Part shown: piece by piece, positions 12,718-25,800 of the stretch
Layout of the letters: each line of letters starts with the position of its first letter
Position numbering within the stretch: the stretch's first letter is position 1
From: Phyllosticta citribraziliensis
Taxonomy: Eukaryota
Length of the DNA: 64,000 bases
Assembly: GCF_038025025.1 (NCBI RefSeq)
Contig: NW_027117344.1
Span: 1,922,001-1,986,000 of the forward strand
Reading direction: 5' to 3'
Program-made: the position numbers and the translations under genes
The notes under the pieces: generated by a model
Seen by the model: only the letters and a program-made list of their open reading frames with translations
The model's database searches: none
What the model was told of the DNA's origin: nothing

Positions 12718-13778
12718 TCAGACAGATTTGAGAAGTGTCGTGAATGGTTCGGAAGGGTGTGAGGAGTTGTCCGATTACAAGGGCTCCTCTCGTGCTTTTG
12801 AAGCTGGAACAGCTGGTGCCTCCTGAGGTCGAAGCTCCCCCACTCGTCCAATCTGTGACGTTGGAGTTCGTCGAATAGCGGGCCTGTACGAGCTGGGAAA
12901 CCGTGCAACCGTGCGACGACGCGCCATGATTCGGACCGTAACGACAATCGATCCGCTGTTGAAGGTTGTCACTCTTGTGTCATTGACCAAGCTGTTCGAA
13001 GGTCTCGAAGAACTTGATTAGCTGTCAATGTTGCGGAGGTTGGGCAAACGCCGGCGTCCAAACCATCAATGGTCTGCCAAAAACTCAATGGAGGAGGCGG
13101 TCTCGCCGTCTCCAGTTTGGCCGAAACGTGGCCAGAACAGCGCCCTCAGCCTCCGCCAACACCATGAGGCGGGGAACAGACCCACTTTGTGTGGCTTCGA
13201 GGTTGAACCGTGCTTCTGAGACGTTCACAGCACAGGACTTTCGGGCGTGGCGAGTTGCCTCTTCTGAGGTTGAGTCAGAGGAGCCGGTGATGGCCTGGGA
13301 GTGCATCTGGTAGCCATCGCGGGAAAAGCTGGTCCTGGATCGCCAGGTAAGTAGGTAGGAAGCAGACGAAGAGAGGAATTCAAGCGTGGAGTGATGGAGG
13401 GGCAAGAGGACGCGGCTGATGTCGAGGATAGAAACAAGACGCCGGAAGAGCGGGAAGCGGAACGACGCGCAGCCATGTGCAGATGACGTAATCCAGCCAA
13501 AGCCCTTCCTTGCCCGTTGTCCGCAACATCAACAGAACTCTTCCTTCTATCATGCTGCACGCCATGCTGCACTCCAAGACGCCAAGTGTCCTTCTGCCGA
13601 CTGCAGGGCTATTTTTTGCCAGTCACATGCACACCATCTCCATCACAGTCGGCGTGCGACGGCCAGTGTATTGCCTCAACGCGCGAGTTCCCCAAACCTG
13701 TCGGCCACTTCTCGTCTTTCGCACTGCTACACTGATTCAAATCGCCATACCCGAGTTGACTGAACACAGTTCGGAGAC

Positions 13779-13925
13779 CGCAGCGGAGTCCAAAAGATAT
13801 GCTGACTCCTGAAACTGCGACTGCACCCTAGGAGCATTTGTTGACTGCCAGAGTTGCCCCTCGGGAGCAGTCATTCGCTGCCACAGCTGCGCCTAGGACT
13901 GTCACTCCTTTGAACCCCCGCCGTG
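13779..13925. mobile_element. Degenerate MITE copy
   Basis: cgcagcggagtccaaaagatatg resembles the left TIR; two GGAGCA units 33 bp apart; ends ccccgccgtg. Confidence 0.45.
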
Positions 13926-14634
13926 AGGCCGCCGCAGTGATTTCGATACAAGCGATCAAACCATGAGCCAGCCTCCCGACCTCCTGACCGCGCCGCACAC
14001 TTCCCAGGCTCCGCTGGTGTTGCCATTTTCATACGAAACCGGCGACCGCCGCAGAGTTCCTTGACGCCGTTCATACTTTTGACTCCGGGTTGTTCACACT
14101 GTTTGGGTTGCGAAGCATTGTAAAAGAAGGACTGCTCGCGAGTCGCGGGACAGCACGCTTGTCAGGGCCGGTTTTCGGAGCGATTCAGCCAGGGAAAAAC
14201 CGGGACTCGTGTCCAAGCCGACAGGAGCCGCTGCATCTGCGATATAGCACAACGCGATTGTCAGTTCGCCAACGTCCTTCGGGTCTTGACAGACCAATGG
14301 ATTTCGGCTGAATTCGGCACCCGAGCTCAGTGTTGGTCTTGCGGCATGTTTCCGACTTCAGTTGTTGACGCCACAGACGCCGACTTTGAAAAGGGATCCA
14401 AAATCAGACCACTTTGGTCGAAATTGTGGGTCCAGCTTACTCCTATAGGCAATCTTCGCTATACCCTTGATCACAATTCAGCCTTTCCCCCACTCCCTCT
14501 TTCTCCCGACGCTCCTTAGAAATACCCAGCCCTGTCGCATCCTTCGGCCGGCTTTCCAGTCATTCCTTCAGTCCTTCTTCTCTCCACTGGCTCTCCTGCG
14601 TTTCAATACTTGCCAACCTGCCCTCAAAGCAAAC

Positions 14635-14966
14635 ATGGTTCTCGGTCCGACCCTGCGCCGCTGGCTTCCTTACCTGAACTTCACTGTCGCCATTTCCGCG
14701 CTCGGCTTTCAAACAGGCGTACTTTATCCGTGGCATGAGGAGCTGGACAGAGAGTTCAAAAAGCTCAGAGAAGAAAACAAGGAACAGCTTCAGGTCCTTC
14801 ATGAAGCTAAGCTTCGGAGGCTGGAGGAGTTGGAGAGTCGATTTTCGAACGAAAAAACTCACAAGGCATGCATCTCATTGTTTTGGAAAGTTGCAAAGTC
14901 ATTCCAGGCTGACCTGAACAGCTTTCGTGGTGGCCATGGCACTACAAGTCAACATCACAGTCGTAA
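14635..14966 (+). CDS. Small fungal protein with one TM helix plus coiled coil (uncharacterised)
   Basis: NFTVAISALGFQTGVLYPWHEELDREF resembles a recurrent small fungal family. A probable GC-AG intron 14866-14921 gives C-terminus LSWWPWHYKSTSQS*; unspliced, the ORF ends at 15048. Confidence 0.65.
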
Positions 14967-16998
14967 AGTCTACAAAATGACTCCCCTTCGCATTCTTCTA
15001 TGTGGGGGAGCATCGAGCGAGTCACAGCCGTTAAATGCTTGGAAATAGTCCAAAAAGGCTGCATCAATGTACAGCAACAAGCCCTGCCTTCGTCTTTGGT
15101 TACTAATGTGGACATAGTTCCTTTCAAGTTTGAGCGCATAGATTGAGGACTGGAGTTTTGATTCAACAACGGCCAGCCGAGTGCTTCTCGATACCCTAGA
15201 ATTTCGTGCAAAGTGCACTCGCACTTTGCATTTCTAATATATTGACTTTCTCACCGGATTAGGCGCAAAAAGAGTCGTTATGATGAGGCTAAGCTCGCCC
15301 AGTAGCGCAAGGCGTAAATGCCCGGGCACCAAGGCTGTCGCCAAAGTCGCGACACTCACAAGAAAAAGTAGGGCCGCAGCTGGGAAGCATTCGTTTTCTT
15401 TCATAACCCACTCCTGAGGAACATGCAACTTCATCTAAGCAGTATTCAGAACCACTTGAGCATCTATGACGGGTAGGAACAGGGAGCATTCGAGCGCTAT
15501 GCTACAGGACCTTGGGACTTGTGTGCTACGACTGTTGTCGCCAAGCCTCGCAAACTGACGCGCGCCCTACATCATCGCCCTCTTCATACAACGAAATTCG
15601 CACTCCTCTTTCAAACGCAAGACGGCTGCGCGACGATCCCCTCAAATTCCATGTCCAACAATCGGTGGTGGAATTGATACAATAGAGGTTCGCTGTTTGA
15701 AAGCGACTGACAGCTAGCGACTAATCTCGACAATTGCAGACCAAAATAGCATCGCTCTCCCATACTCAATCATCCATGTTGTTGATCATGGTATGATTCG
15801 CAATCAGAACTAGTTCGCCACGGCTATATCAAATTGCCGAATACACAGCCGTCTCGACTGTCATTTGGTCCTGGTAGTGTTGGTTCCAAACCAATTCTGA
15901 AACATTTCTAGATGCACCTTGATACGATGGCTTCTCAGGCGAGTCTTTGCCCTCCACGCATAGCGTTTTCAGGGCTTCCTCATCAAAGCGAACGGAACGC
16001 GAAAAAGACAGCGCCAAGATAAAGCAGGCAGCTGTCTCACCGCTACAAGGCTTCCGTGGTGCAAGTCAAATTCAGTTCTCTCGCATCTGCTCGCAGCAAA
16101 ACCAAGTTCTCGGCGCGTGCTTTGCAATTGACTTGTTTGAGTTTTGTCGTAGAGAGGCGCGCGGCCCATATCGTTCACTCATCTACTTCATTCGCGGATA
16201 GTGAGCCGCCAGCCGCCGACCGCAACCCGGTTGCACCACTCTCGCCCGCTCACCGCCCGACTTGCACAACTACCCGTCGAGCCAAAATTCATCAAGCAAT
16301 GCGGGGGGCTCTATATGGTCAAAACACGCAAGCCACTTCCCGTGTTATTGGGTCGACAGGAAACTAGGTTAAGCGTACACATACGCTTGAATGCAGCGAC
16401 ACCAAATTTGAAAAAGCGAACACGAGTCCTTTCTGATTCGACGTCACTCAATCCAGTTGACACGAATTCTGGATGCGACAGCCTCGTGCGTAGTGGCACT
16501 TGATCCAAACAGGCATCCCCGCATCAACTTTGTCCTACGGTAGGACGCACGGCTGAGAGCCACAACAGCACGGCTCGCACATCTCAACTTCTTGAGCACT
16601 TGGTTTCTTTTTCTGTGAACCACTCCTGCCATCCGAATAAAGGTCGGCATCTGTCGAGTCAGCCATCCGTTCTTAGACCGGTGTCAACATTCATCTCGGT
16701 GCATGACGAACCGCCAGGACGGCAGCTAACTGGGTCCCTTGTCGATCTTCTTGACATCGATCTGCCTGTACGACAAGCGGAGATGGCATATCTCCTGCTA
16801 GTTGCAGCTAGCTCAGGCATACGATTGCATCACTACCACCCGTCCCGAGATATTGATTGGTGACAGTACTGCACTACGTGGTAGCTCCTGCTGCCCAAAA
16901 ACAATTCCATGGTCGCTCTTAAAGCCGGTCCCGAACCAAACGCCCAACTACCTGTTTACTGTTTCATGCCTCCAGTGCCCTGAGTCCGTCTCGACAGG

Positions 16999-19004
16999 AT
17001 GCAGCATTTTTATGCTCTTGGCTTGCTTTTATCCCTCGTCGCTGCTTCATCCCCTGGCTTGGGCGCGAACAGCGACGCTTTCAAACTCTTCCAGCGCGCC
17101 GAAAGATACAACAAGCCCGTACCTCTTGAAGATGTCCAGGCACCAGCGCAGGTGGACCGCCTTCAAAAGCGACAGTCGCGGTTTCGAACAACCGCTTCAG
17201 AAAGTATGTCTGCTGTTCGCGTCGGATTTTGGCCAAACTGACGAACCCTCCCACAGAATTCGTAGTTGATGGGACTGCTATCCCAGAAGTGCCTTTTGAC
17301 GTTGGAGAATCATACGCTGGATTACTTCCCATATCCGATGATCCAAACGAGACCCGGAAGCTTTTCTTCTGGTACGTGCCTTTTCCGACATCAGCGAAGA
17401 CCGAGGCCGCTGATCAGAACGGGCAGGTTCTTTCCCTCGACAAATCCCGACGCTGGGGCCGACGTCACTGCCTGGTTTAACGGAGGTCCTGGATGCAGTT
17501 CCCTCCTTGGTCTATTAAGAGAGAATGGTCCGTTCACATGGCAAGATGGAACATTTGCGCCGACGCAGAACCCTTACAGCTGGGTGAATCTGACGAATAT
17601 GGTGTGGATCGAGTGAGTCCAAATCGATAGTCAAGCTTGCTTCAGATCCACTGACTGGTGATTCAGACAGCCAGTCGGCGTTGGCTACACGCAAGGCAAG
17701 CCAAATATCACGGACGAGCTAGGCGTAGGTGACCAGTTGGCTGGATTTTGGAAAAACTTTGTCGACACCTTCGATTTGAGGGGCTTCAAGGTCTACCTGA
17801 CTGGAGAGTCGTATGCCGGCTTCTACGTGCCCTACATCGGTATGTTTTTTTCCAAAGAAAAGAGAGGAAAAGGGACAATTTGCTGATCTTGGGTAGCGGA
17901 CGACTTTATAAGTCGTAACGACAAAGATTACTACAACCTGGCCGGAATAGCCATCAATGATCCGATCATCGGAAGCAGCACTGCTCAACAGGCTGGTAAG
18001 TTGGCTCCTCTCTCCTGGGGGAAAATTTGTTCGGTCCCTCTTGAAGCTGACTCGTACCCAGTCCCTGCCGTCCCGTTCGTAAACTATTGGCAGGAGCTTT
18101 TCTATCTCAATGGCTCTACCATGGAAAAGATCAATGCGGATGCCGACCGATGCGGCTTTACCAACTTGTTCGACAAATTCCTCGCTTTCCCTCCACCAGA
18201 CGAGGACTTTCCTGATATCTTCGACCCCGCTGAACAGAAGAACAACTCCTGTGACGTTTTCAGTGCGATTATCGAAGCCGCAAAGGAGGTGAATCCTTGC
18301 TTTGACATCTACCACATCACCACGACCTGTCCTAGTAAGCTATGCCAGGGAGACAACTTTCAGATGTTGGACTGACGACCATTTCTAATACAGCCCCTTA
18401 TTCGATTCTCGGAAAAGTCAACAGAGACGATTACCAACCACCAGGGCTCCAAATCTACTTCAACCGCACCGATGTGCAGCGTGCCATCAATGCCCCCGTG
18501 GGCACCAATTGGACGCAATGCTCGCAGAAACCCGTCTTCGCCGGCAACGGCAGTGACTTGACGCAAAGCCCTGCGCAAGACGGCACGCTCCGTCGCGTCA
18601 TAGAAGCAACGAACAATACCATCATCGGCAGCGGCAACCTCGATTTCATCCTCCCGACCAACGGCACCCTTCTCGCCATTCAAAATACGACCTGGAACGG
18701 CAGACGCGGCTTCCAAGAATACCCTGGCCGGGTCTTCTACTCGCCGTACCATCCAGAGTATAACAAGGGCTGGCTGGCGGGCAGCGGCGAGGTGGGTTTC
18801 TGGGGCCAAGAGAGAGGCTTGACGTTCTACCAAGTGCAATTGGCAGGTCATGAGCTACCTGGCTACGCAGGCGGTGCCGCCTACCGCGTAATTGAGTATA
18901 TGCTGGGTCGGGTCAAGGCTTTGGATGAGCAGTCCAACTTTTCGACGCAGCCAAACGCAAACTTCACCGGACAAAAGGGACCCGGGAAGAGGAATGAGCT
19001 GTGA
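16999..19004 (+). CDS. Secreted serine carboxypeptidase (peptidase S10), multi-exon
   Basis: Signal peptide, [18 protein letters not shown] nucleophile motif, AGHELP His motif. Confidence 0.92.
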
Positions 19005-19226
19005 TTTGAGAGACCATGACGGGGCACTGGGGAGTGGTCCTGCTCAAGACCACGGAGGTGTAATACAGGGAGGCCATTGTGTGAATCGCAAGCGAAGCTG
19101 GAAGGCTTGGGCAGCTGAAAAGAGGGCAGAGTGAGAGCTTTGAGAGCATGATGCATGAAGTAATGAGTTCACAGCATGCAGTATATATTGTGTAGAGTCA
19201 ACATTACTACTATCAAATCACGTGAG

Positions 19227-19321
19227 GACTCCGTGGCGCAATTGGTTAGCGCGTTTGACTGTTAAGGAGAGAAATCTCTGAAGCAATCAGGAGGTTGGCA
19301 GTTCAAGCCTGCCCGGGGTCG
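19227..19321 (+). tRNA. tRNA-Asn(GTT) with ~21-nt intron (19265-19285)
   Basis: GACTCCG/CGGGGTC acceptor stem, TGGCGCAATTGG A-box, GTT anticodon at 19261-19263, GTTCAAGCC B-box, downstream T-tract terminator. Confidence 0.93.
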
Positions 19322-21063
19322 AGTTCTTTTGCTTTTTTTGCTGGCTCCAAGTTCCGATTGCAATTGTTTGCTGTGGAGAAGGAGCATTCCATTTGAATCC
19401 ACGACCCAAAATTTTGCTCGGCTACAGTACGAGTTTCTCCGGGCTATGGCCGAGCGGGCTTTCCTGATCCCGATCTTGCGGAGCGGCGTCGCTCTTTCAA
19501 CGACATCCCATCACCCCAGACAAGGACATGGACGGAACAGCTGCGCGAACAGCTGCGCCTTGAAAGCAAAAGCTGCACCGCGAAGCAATGCCTCGATACC
19601 TTCCGATGGCCCAATCAAAACACGACAAGAGCGAGACGGGCTGCTGCAAGGCAACCGTGTGCTTCGCCTTGACCGCGTAGACCATCCGCCTCACCGAGAG
19701 GCTTTGCCAACCCGCGAGGCTGGCGGTCTACTTCTCAGCCAAACTTGTCAGCCACTGGGACCGAGGTTCTGCAAAAAGCAAACATCTGTGGACTGAGGCC
19801 TGGTAGCAAAAGTCGTTGGTACACAACCTCCCAATGACTGGTACACTCAAGGACGCTTCAATGCTCCCTGTTAGCCGTCGGTTATAGCTTATGGATGCTC
19901 CTCGTCAGTCATTTGTCAGCGCGAATGAATGCTCCCTGAAGGGGGACACTGATCTTCTGTTCTTGATGTGCCACAACCTTTTTAACCAAACCTCGGACGA
20001 AGGTTTGAGGTTCGAGGCTTTTCTGCAGCATGCTGTTTCCACAGTTGGTGCCGCTGCATCCCGCTGCAGGTTTTGCAAAGGGCCAGCAGATCATACAGAT
20101 AACACCGGCTGATGAAAGACGACAAAAATGTCAGGCACTGGACCATTGGGCCTCCCAAGACAACCCTTTCGAAGACGCTGGCGCCAGGATTCTCAGAGCT
20201 GACTTGATGAGTCCGACGAAAGTTCGAAACAGGCCTCGAAATACTGCACATTTCCATGAGGAGAATCGGCGCGGCTCGTCCCACGATGAGTCGGGAATTG
20301 GCATCCATCGAACATTCCCGAGCCATGTGGCATACTCGCATCCCTTCCGCTAGCCTGACTCTTCCTCGCCATGCCAAGTATCATCCTAAGCTCCCAACTG
20401 TGCAGTATTTTCTTCACATGGACCTGCGTCCGCTCGACGTGGCCATCAATTGCCTGATTGTCGCAGATCTGTGATGCCGGCGGGCTTTGACGTGGAGAGA
20501 TGATCATGATGGCTGGGACGGTGTGAGGGTGTCGTTTCCTGTTCCGGTTCGGCAGTGGCCGTGATGCCGGATTCTGAGAAGAGCCCGGGAAAGCATAGAA
20601 CGCGTGGGTTTAGTATGAGATATGAGAGTGGTGGATTGGCTGGAGGGCGGGCTGGAGGGCAGGCGTCGTGTCTTCTTTCGGCTTAAGAGCCTTGAAAGTT
20701 GACTGAGATTGGTGGGCATCTTGCCTTCTTCCAGTTGGGAGAGACCATTATGCCAGATTTTGAGAGGCGCGTTGAAGGAGCTTAACATGAGAAGTGGACC
20801 TGAGGGTGTCAAGTCAGTCTTCTTCATGCTAGAGGGTGGGAGGGTACACAGGCCCGAGCACAGACCGAGAGCAGACAGGACCGAGTCGTCTTGTTTTGTG
20901 GTCTTGAGGACGTAAGTGGGGCGTGGAGGAAGGCGCTGCTGGCGGAAATTGGTTTTGGCGGTGTTGGTCTCTTGTGCCGGGCTGCTGCGTCGCACTCGAC
21001 GCCAACTCCAACTCCAACCCTCAACACCCTACTACAACCAACACCCCAACCAACTCCTCCACA

Positions 21064-21652
21064 ATGGCATCAGCCTTTGTGGCCCCATACACACTCCCTG
21101 GCGGTGGAGGCGACCCGCCCCGTCGCCCAAACAACAACAACAACAACAGAAACGGCCACAGGGTCGAAAAACCAGGGTAAGTCTGCAGTCTTGAGGTCCG
21201 TGGAGGAAGTCAACATCGCTGAACCTCCAACCAGAACAAAACAAACATGCAATCGCTGTGGCCAAGCCATGCACGGCCACTGGAGAGAATGCACAAGAAG
21301 ATGTAGAAGATGCAAGACCAACGAACACGTTGGATTGCCGTGCTCGGTCAAATACCCAGCACCAACTCCCAAAAATACCGGGGCCGTGAACGAACAAGTC
21401 GTCAAACTCAGCACGGACTTATATCAAGAAACTCGCGACCTCAGGAAACAGCTTGAAGAAAGCAGAAACAGGGAATCCAACATGGGCCAACAGGCTGAAA
21501 AAATGCAAAGAGATTTCTCCGTTTTGCAACAAGACCACATCTTTTTGCGGCAACAATACAACGAAATGGCCCAGCGCTATCAACAACAAATCCAGGAGCT
21601 TCAAAGACAACTCCGAGAACGAAATCAAAAAGACGGCCACCAAAAAGGCTAG
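21064..21652 (+). CDS. G0: orphan double zinc-knuckle (Gag/LINE-ORF1-like) plus coiled-coil protein
   Basis: Exon 21064-21176 (MASAFVAPY...NNNNNN), phase-2 intron 21177-21234, then CNRCGQAMHGHWREC-x3-CRRCKTNEHVGLPC and a Q/E/R heptad-rich tail. Confidence 0.75.
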
Positions 21653-21992
21653 TCCAAACGTCAAATTTCAATTGGCACTCAACACCAGACCCTGCCGGTC
21701 AAAAAACAGGCCCAACACTCAAGACCAGGCCTTTTCACAAAACACCAGGCCCTGCCTCTCAAACACCTGACCAAATCATTCAAAATCATGCCTAGTTAAT
21801 CAACACCAGGCCTCGTCAAAAATCAACCTGGCCCCAACACTTAAAACCAGGCCTCAACAAAAAAGAAACATAAAACACAAGACTCTGTCGCTCAAACCAG
21901 GCCTCACATGAAACATCATGCCTCATCAACAAACACAAGGTCTGAACAATCAAAACCAGGCCTCTCAAACAGAATTCAAAATCTCAAGCTTC

Positions 21993-22350
21993 GTTCGCGG
22001 AATCAAGAAGAGCTCGGAGGTCTTGCGTCGCGGGAGCAAGAAGAGCGCGGCTCGCAAACAATCTCGGAGGTCGCTTCGCGGGAGCAAGAAGAGCGCGGCT
22101 CGCAAACAATCTCGGAGGCCGCTTCGCGGGAGCAAGAAGAGCGCGGCTCGCAAACAATCTCGGAGGCCGCTTCGCGGGAGCAAGAAGAGCGCGGCTCGCA
22201 AACAATCTAGGAGGCCGCTTCACGGAAGCAAGAAGAGCTCGGCTCGCAAACAATCTCGGTGTTCTTGCTTCGCGGAAGCAGGAAGAGCTCGGCTCGCAAA
22301 CAATCTCGGAGCCTTGCTTCGCGGAAGCAAGAAGAGCTAGGATCGCAAAC
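21993..22350. repeat. 48-bp tandem minisatellite (~7 copies)
   Basis: Unit gcttcgcgggagcaagaagagcgcggctcgcaaacaatctcggaggcc; central copies near-identical, outer copies degraded. Confidence 0.95.
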
Positions 22351-23000
22351 AACATCCCAAACATCCAAACAACACCACAAAACATTCAAAATCTGTCGAA
22401 CGGCGGTGGCGTGTGTGGGGAGGGTGGGAGGACAAGAATTGCGAAACAGGACTACGCCAACAATTTGCGAACAACAATGCCCTCGGGCAAAATTTCAGTC
22501 CAAATTCAACAAGAAGCGAGCTCCAGCAAACGTGCTCTCAAACAAAACGAAAGGACCGCGGAGGAAACAGAGTCTTCAATCAACGCAAGCAATGGGCAAC
22601 AGTCAAAATATGCGGGGGGGAAACAATTGCCGAGAAGGATGTTGCGGAAGGGGTAAAATGGGGCTAAGGCCTCTGAATATGAAGACAATTCAATCCAATG
22701 AAAATCCTCGTGCTACACGAATCATCGAGAAGCCAGCTGAAAGTGACCACTGACCATCATTCGTAGCAGAGGCATTCAATCTTGAGTTTTACTGGGCATG
22801 CGGTCATGTTCTCATTGAGCATCAAGATTCGGGAGCAGAAGGCGGTAAGCCATACATTCAGTCTTGCGAGATGATTATGATTGCATGTTTTTGAAGCTGC
22901 GTGGATATCGTTGTCGCTATTGCGTCTCCCTCCCCACTCCCTCCTCCCAACTCGTTGCGCCATTGCTCAGCGCTGCTGTACCCTCTTGCCGATGTTTGCT

Positions 23001-24546
23001 TCACTCAATTCTTTCCTCCTGTCTTTGCCTTCTTTGCCGCGTTTGGTTGTTGAGCTCCATGTCGCCGACCCAGTAGGGATTGCTGACGCGATAGGCGTCG
23101 AGTTGCCATTGCGGAATGTCGTGCTGGAAAGGACAATTTGCGACGCGGCATTCGAGTGGCCGGCAGTTGTACCAAAAGCAGCACAAGGGTATTCTTTTGT
23201 AATAACAATGTTTCCATGGGTTTGCAATTGTCGGGTCATGTATTCTTCGGGCCCCGCGTAGACCTTGCCGGTCAAGGACTTCCAAGATCTCGGGGAGACC
23301 TTGCGCTATGATCGTGGTGCCACCTGCAATGTCATATTTCAGTGATCGAGGACGTCGGGTTGCAAATCTAAGCGAGTTCGGGGTGAAAACATACTCAAAA
23401 GCCTCAATTGCGGTTGCGGCGATGTCCCAGGAGACGTTGGTTGCTGTTGAGCGTCTAGAGATGTCAAACTTTAGTACAGATCCTTAGAGAGCGAACTCAT
23501 GAAACTTCGCACCTTGAGTCTCTTGCGGCAGCTCAGGGACGGGCAGCAAAGTTGGAGCCGGATCTACGTTGCATGTAAGCATATTGATCATCAGGAAGTG
23601 CGTCGGGACAGATCAATTCCGTACATTGCGGCTGCTGGCCCCCAGGATTCTGCGGCTGAATATCTGGAAAATTTGGTTTCAGTCTACAGCAATCACAACG
23701 CAAGATTTGGTGTGTATGGATATTCGGGAATTGTGGAATCCTCAAAACGAGCGGAGCCGGTCTGTAAAGGAGGCTGTCTGGAGATAACATACCTTGTTGC
23801 GCAGCATATTGAGGCGTGGGTACTAGCACCAGAAGTCAGCTCACAAAGTTTCTGGCGAAGACGATCATGGAAAGACGTACGTGGAGGTGCGTATTGCGCT
23901 GGTGCTTCTTGCGCTGGTGGTGCTTCTTGCACTGGTGGTGCTTCTTGCGCTGGTGGTGCGTCTTGCACTGGTGGTGCGTATTGCACTGGCGGTGCGTATT
24001 GCACTGGGGGTGCGTATTGCACTGGTGGTGCGTATTGCGCTGGTGGTGCGTATTGCGCTGGTGGTGCGTATTGCGCTGGTGGTGCGTATTGCGCTGGTGC
24101 GTATTGCGCTGGTGCGTATTGCGCTGGCGCATATTGCGCTGGTGGATGTTGCGGAGTTCGCGCTGGGGCTATGGATATGAGTGGACGAGGTTGGAGGTAC
24201 AGCCTTGAAAGAAAACTTACTCGTTTGCTGCCATGTTTGCGAATGAGCTGGAGATCCCGGCGTCAGCTCACGAAGATATCAACAGGGCAAGTGCTTTGGA
24301 AATGTCTCACCGATTTGCGGAGGCTGCCATTGTTGCGGTGGGGCCCTGGAGGTAGCGATGTCCTCGTGGATTTGCTGATGGCGGACTTGCGGCAAGTATT
24401 CTTGCGGGTGATAGCCTTGCGGTAGTTGGTAATTTTGCGTTGGTTGGTAGTCTTGCTTCCGGTCAGTGAGATTCGAGGCAGACTCCCAACGGTGCGCGCT
24501 CACAGGCGTGGTGGCCGTTTGGCCAGGAAGATTGATTTTGTGACAT
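23001..24546 (-). CDS. G1: micro-exon gene, Q/Y/P-rich low-complexity domain plus CCCH zinc finger
   Basis: Exons 24546-24504, 24451-24311, 24247-24221, 24168-23881, 23822-23793, 23663-23625, 23563-23513, 23454-23395, 23323-23001. All 8 introns are GT-AG and phase 1; the frame stays open to DPTIANPW...CFWYNCRPLECRVANCPFQH. Confidence 0.8.
23885..24145 (-). repeat. 15/18-bp coding tandem repeat encoding (QYAP[P][AV])n in G1 exon 4
   Basis: Repeated gcgtattgcgctggt(ggt) on the + strand. Confidence 0.95.
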
Positions 24547-25664
24547 CTGTTCAGAATGATATCAATAATTGGTTGACGGCGAGGGCCTTCGGTGAGCTTT
24601 ACCGTTGTGGGCTGTCGCAAAAGTTTGGTGTAGAGGAGAAGATGGTGGGCGTGCGAGATGGGAAGATGTTGCTTCGCAAGAGGCCGCCGCGGTGCCGACG
24701 ATTTGGCTGGCGGCGCCTTCCACACTCACTCCACCTCAGCGAGAACTGGCACCCACCCACTTCGGGGTTCGGCCGCCGTGTAGGAGAAAGCGAACCGGAA
24801 AATTGGCCCTGTGCCTTTGGCATTCTCTCCGTCATCGCAGACCAAATCCCTTTGCATCAACTTGTGCGCTCCTACTCCTCCGGCTCAGATGCGCTCTCTA
24901 CGTCGTCTCTTGAACAGCTCAAATGCTTCGTGTCCAACTTCGACCAAATGGTACGAATGCTTCTGATCTCTGGCAAAATCCTCCATGGCGCATGCGGAAG
25001 TTGTGTTCATCGGTCCGGATAAAAGGCTCCACGCTGACCATGTGCTTCACAGCTAAGGCACGATTCATACTCCCCTCCAGTCCCCAAACCCCTCGCCGTC
25101 ACTTGGGACTTCATACTCCTCATTCCACGAAAACCAAGTAGCACCATGGGATACAACTAGCAAAATTCGGCTTGGACAAAGAAGAATGCCGGAGAGACCT
25201 TGACATAGGCGGGATTTCTGAGCCAGAAGGGTTACTTTTGCACCTGTGGTATGTCTCCTTTCTTGCAGTGGCCGACAGATATTTTGAAATTGCTGTGAAG
25301 CATCGGATGGACACATCAGACTCCGACGTATGGAACGCCAGAGACTACTTCGGAACCAGGTTCTGATTCGACCGAAAACAATGAACGGGTGTTCTAGAAG
25401 GTCATCGAGAATTTTCCGATTTGTCGAACCACCTGGTGATTGCCAGTATGCCATTTGACGAGGCACAGAGGGTATCAAACTGCAACAGCCGCCAAGATAC
25501 AGTAGAAGGTCAAGATGAAATCTTTCATCATCAGCGAGTACTTGCTATATCCATGGAAGCTGACAGAGTGACAATCAGCTTCACAACATGCTCGAGACAA
25601 ACGTCTGCCACATCCGTGAAGTAAACCAGGCCGGCTTTGTTGACATTCGCAATCGAAGCGAAGA

Positions 25665-25800
25665 TGGACGGATGCTCCCTAAGTGTGGTTGTAGTAGTAA
25701 ATGAATGCTCCTTAAGCATGACTAAAGTAGCAGATGAATGCTCCCCAAGTGCACTCATATTGCCAGGAGGTCTGTCGCATTTCTTTCGACACCCACTGTG
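25665..25800 (-). mobile_element. MITE copy in reverse orientation (one end intact)
   Basis: About 25729-25800 is essentially the reverse complement of about 6224-6295; three GGAGCAT units follow. Confidence 0.85.

Noticed and set aside
20891..22750. LINE or LTR retrotransposon starting at the zinc-knuckle ORF
   Set aside because: No RT, endonuclease, integrase or LTRs, and the ORF has a spliceosomal intron.
23499..24425. 308-aa + strand ORF with GGAYCA repeats
   Set aside because: Antisense shadow of the G1 repeat exon; splice signals and paralogy support the minus strand.
24614..24622. MSE-like GTCGCAAAA upstream of G1 as evidence for meiotic control of the family
   Set aside because: A single short word, not found at equivalent positions in G2-G4.
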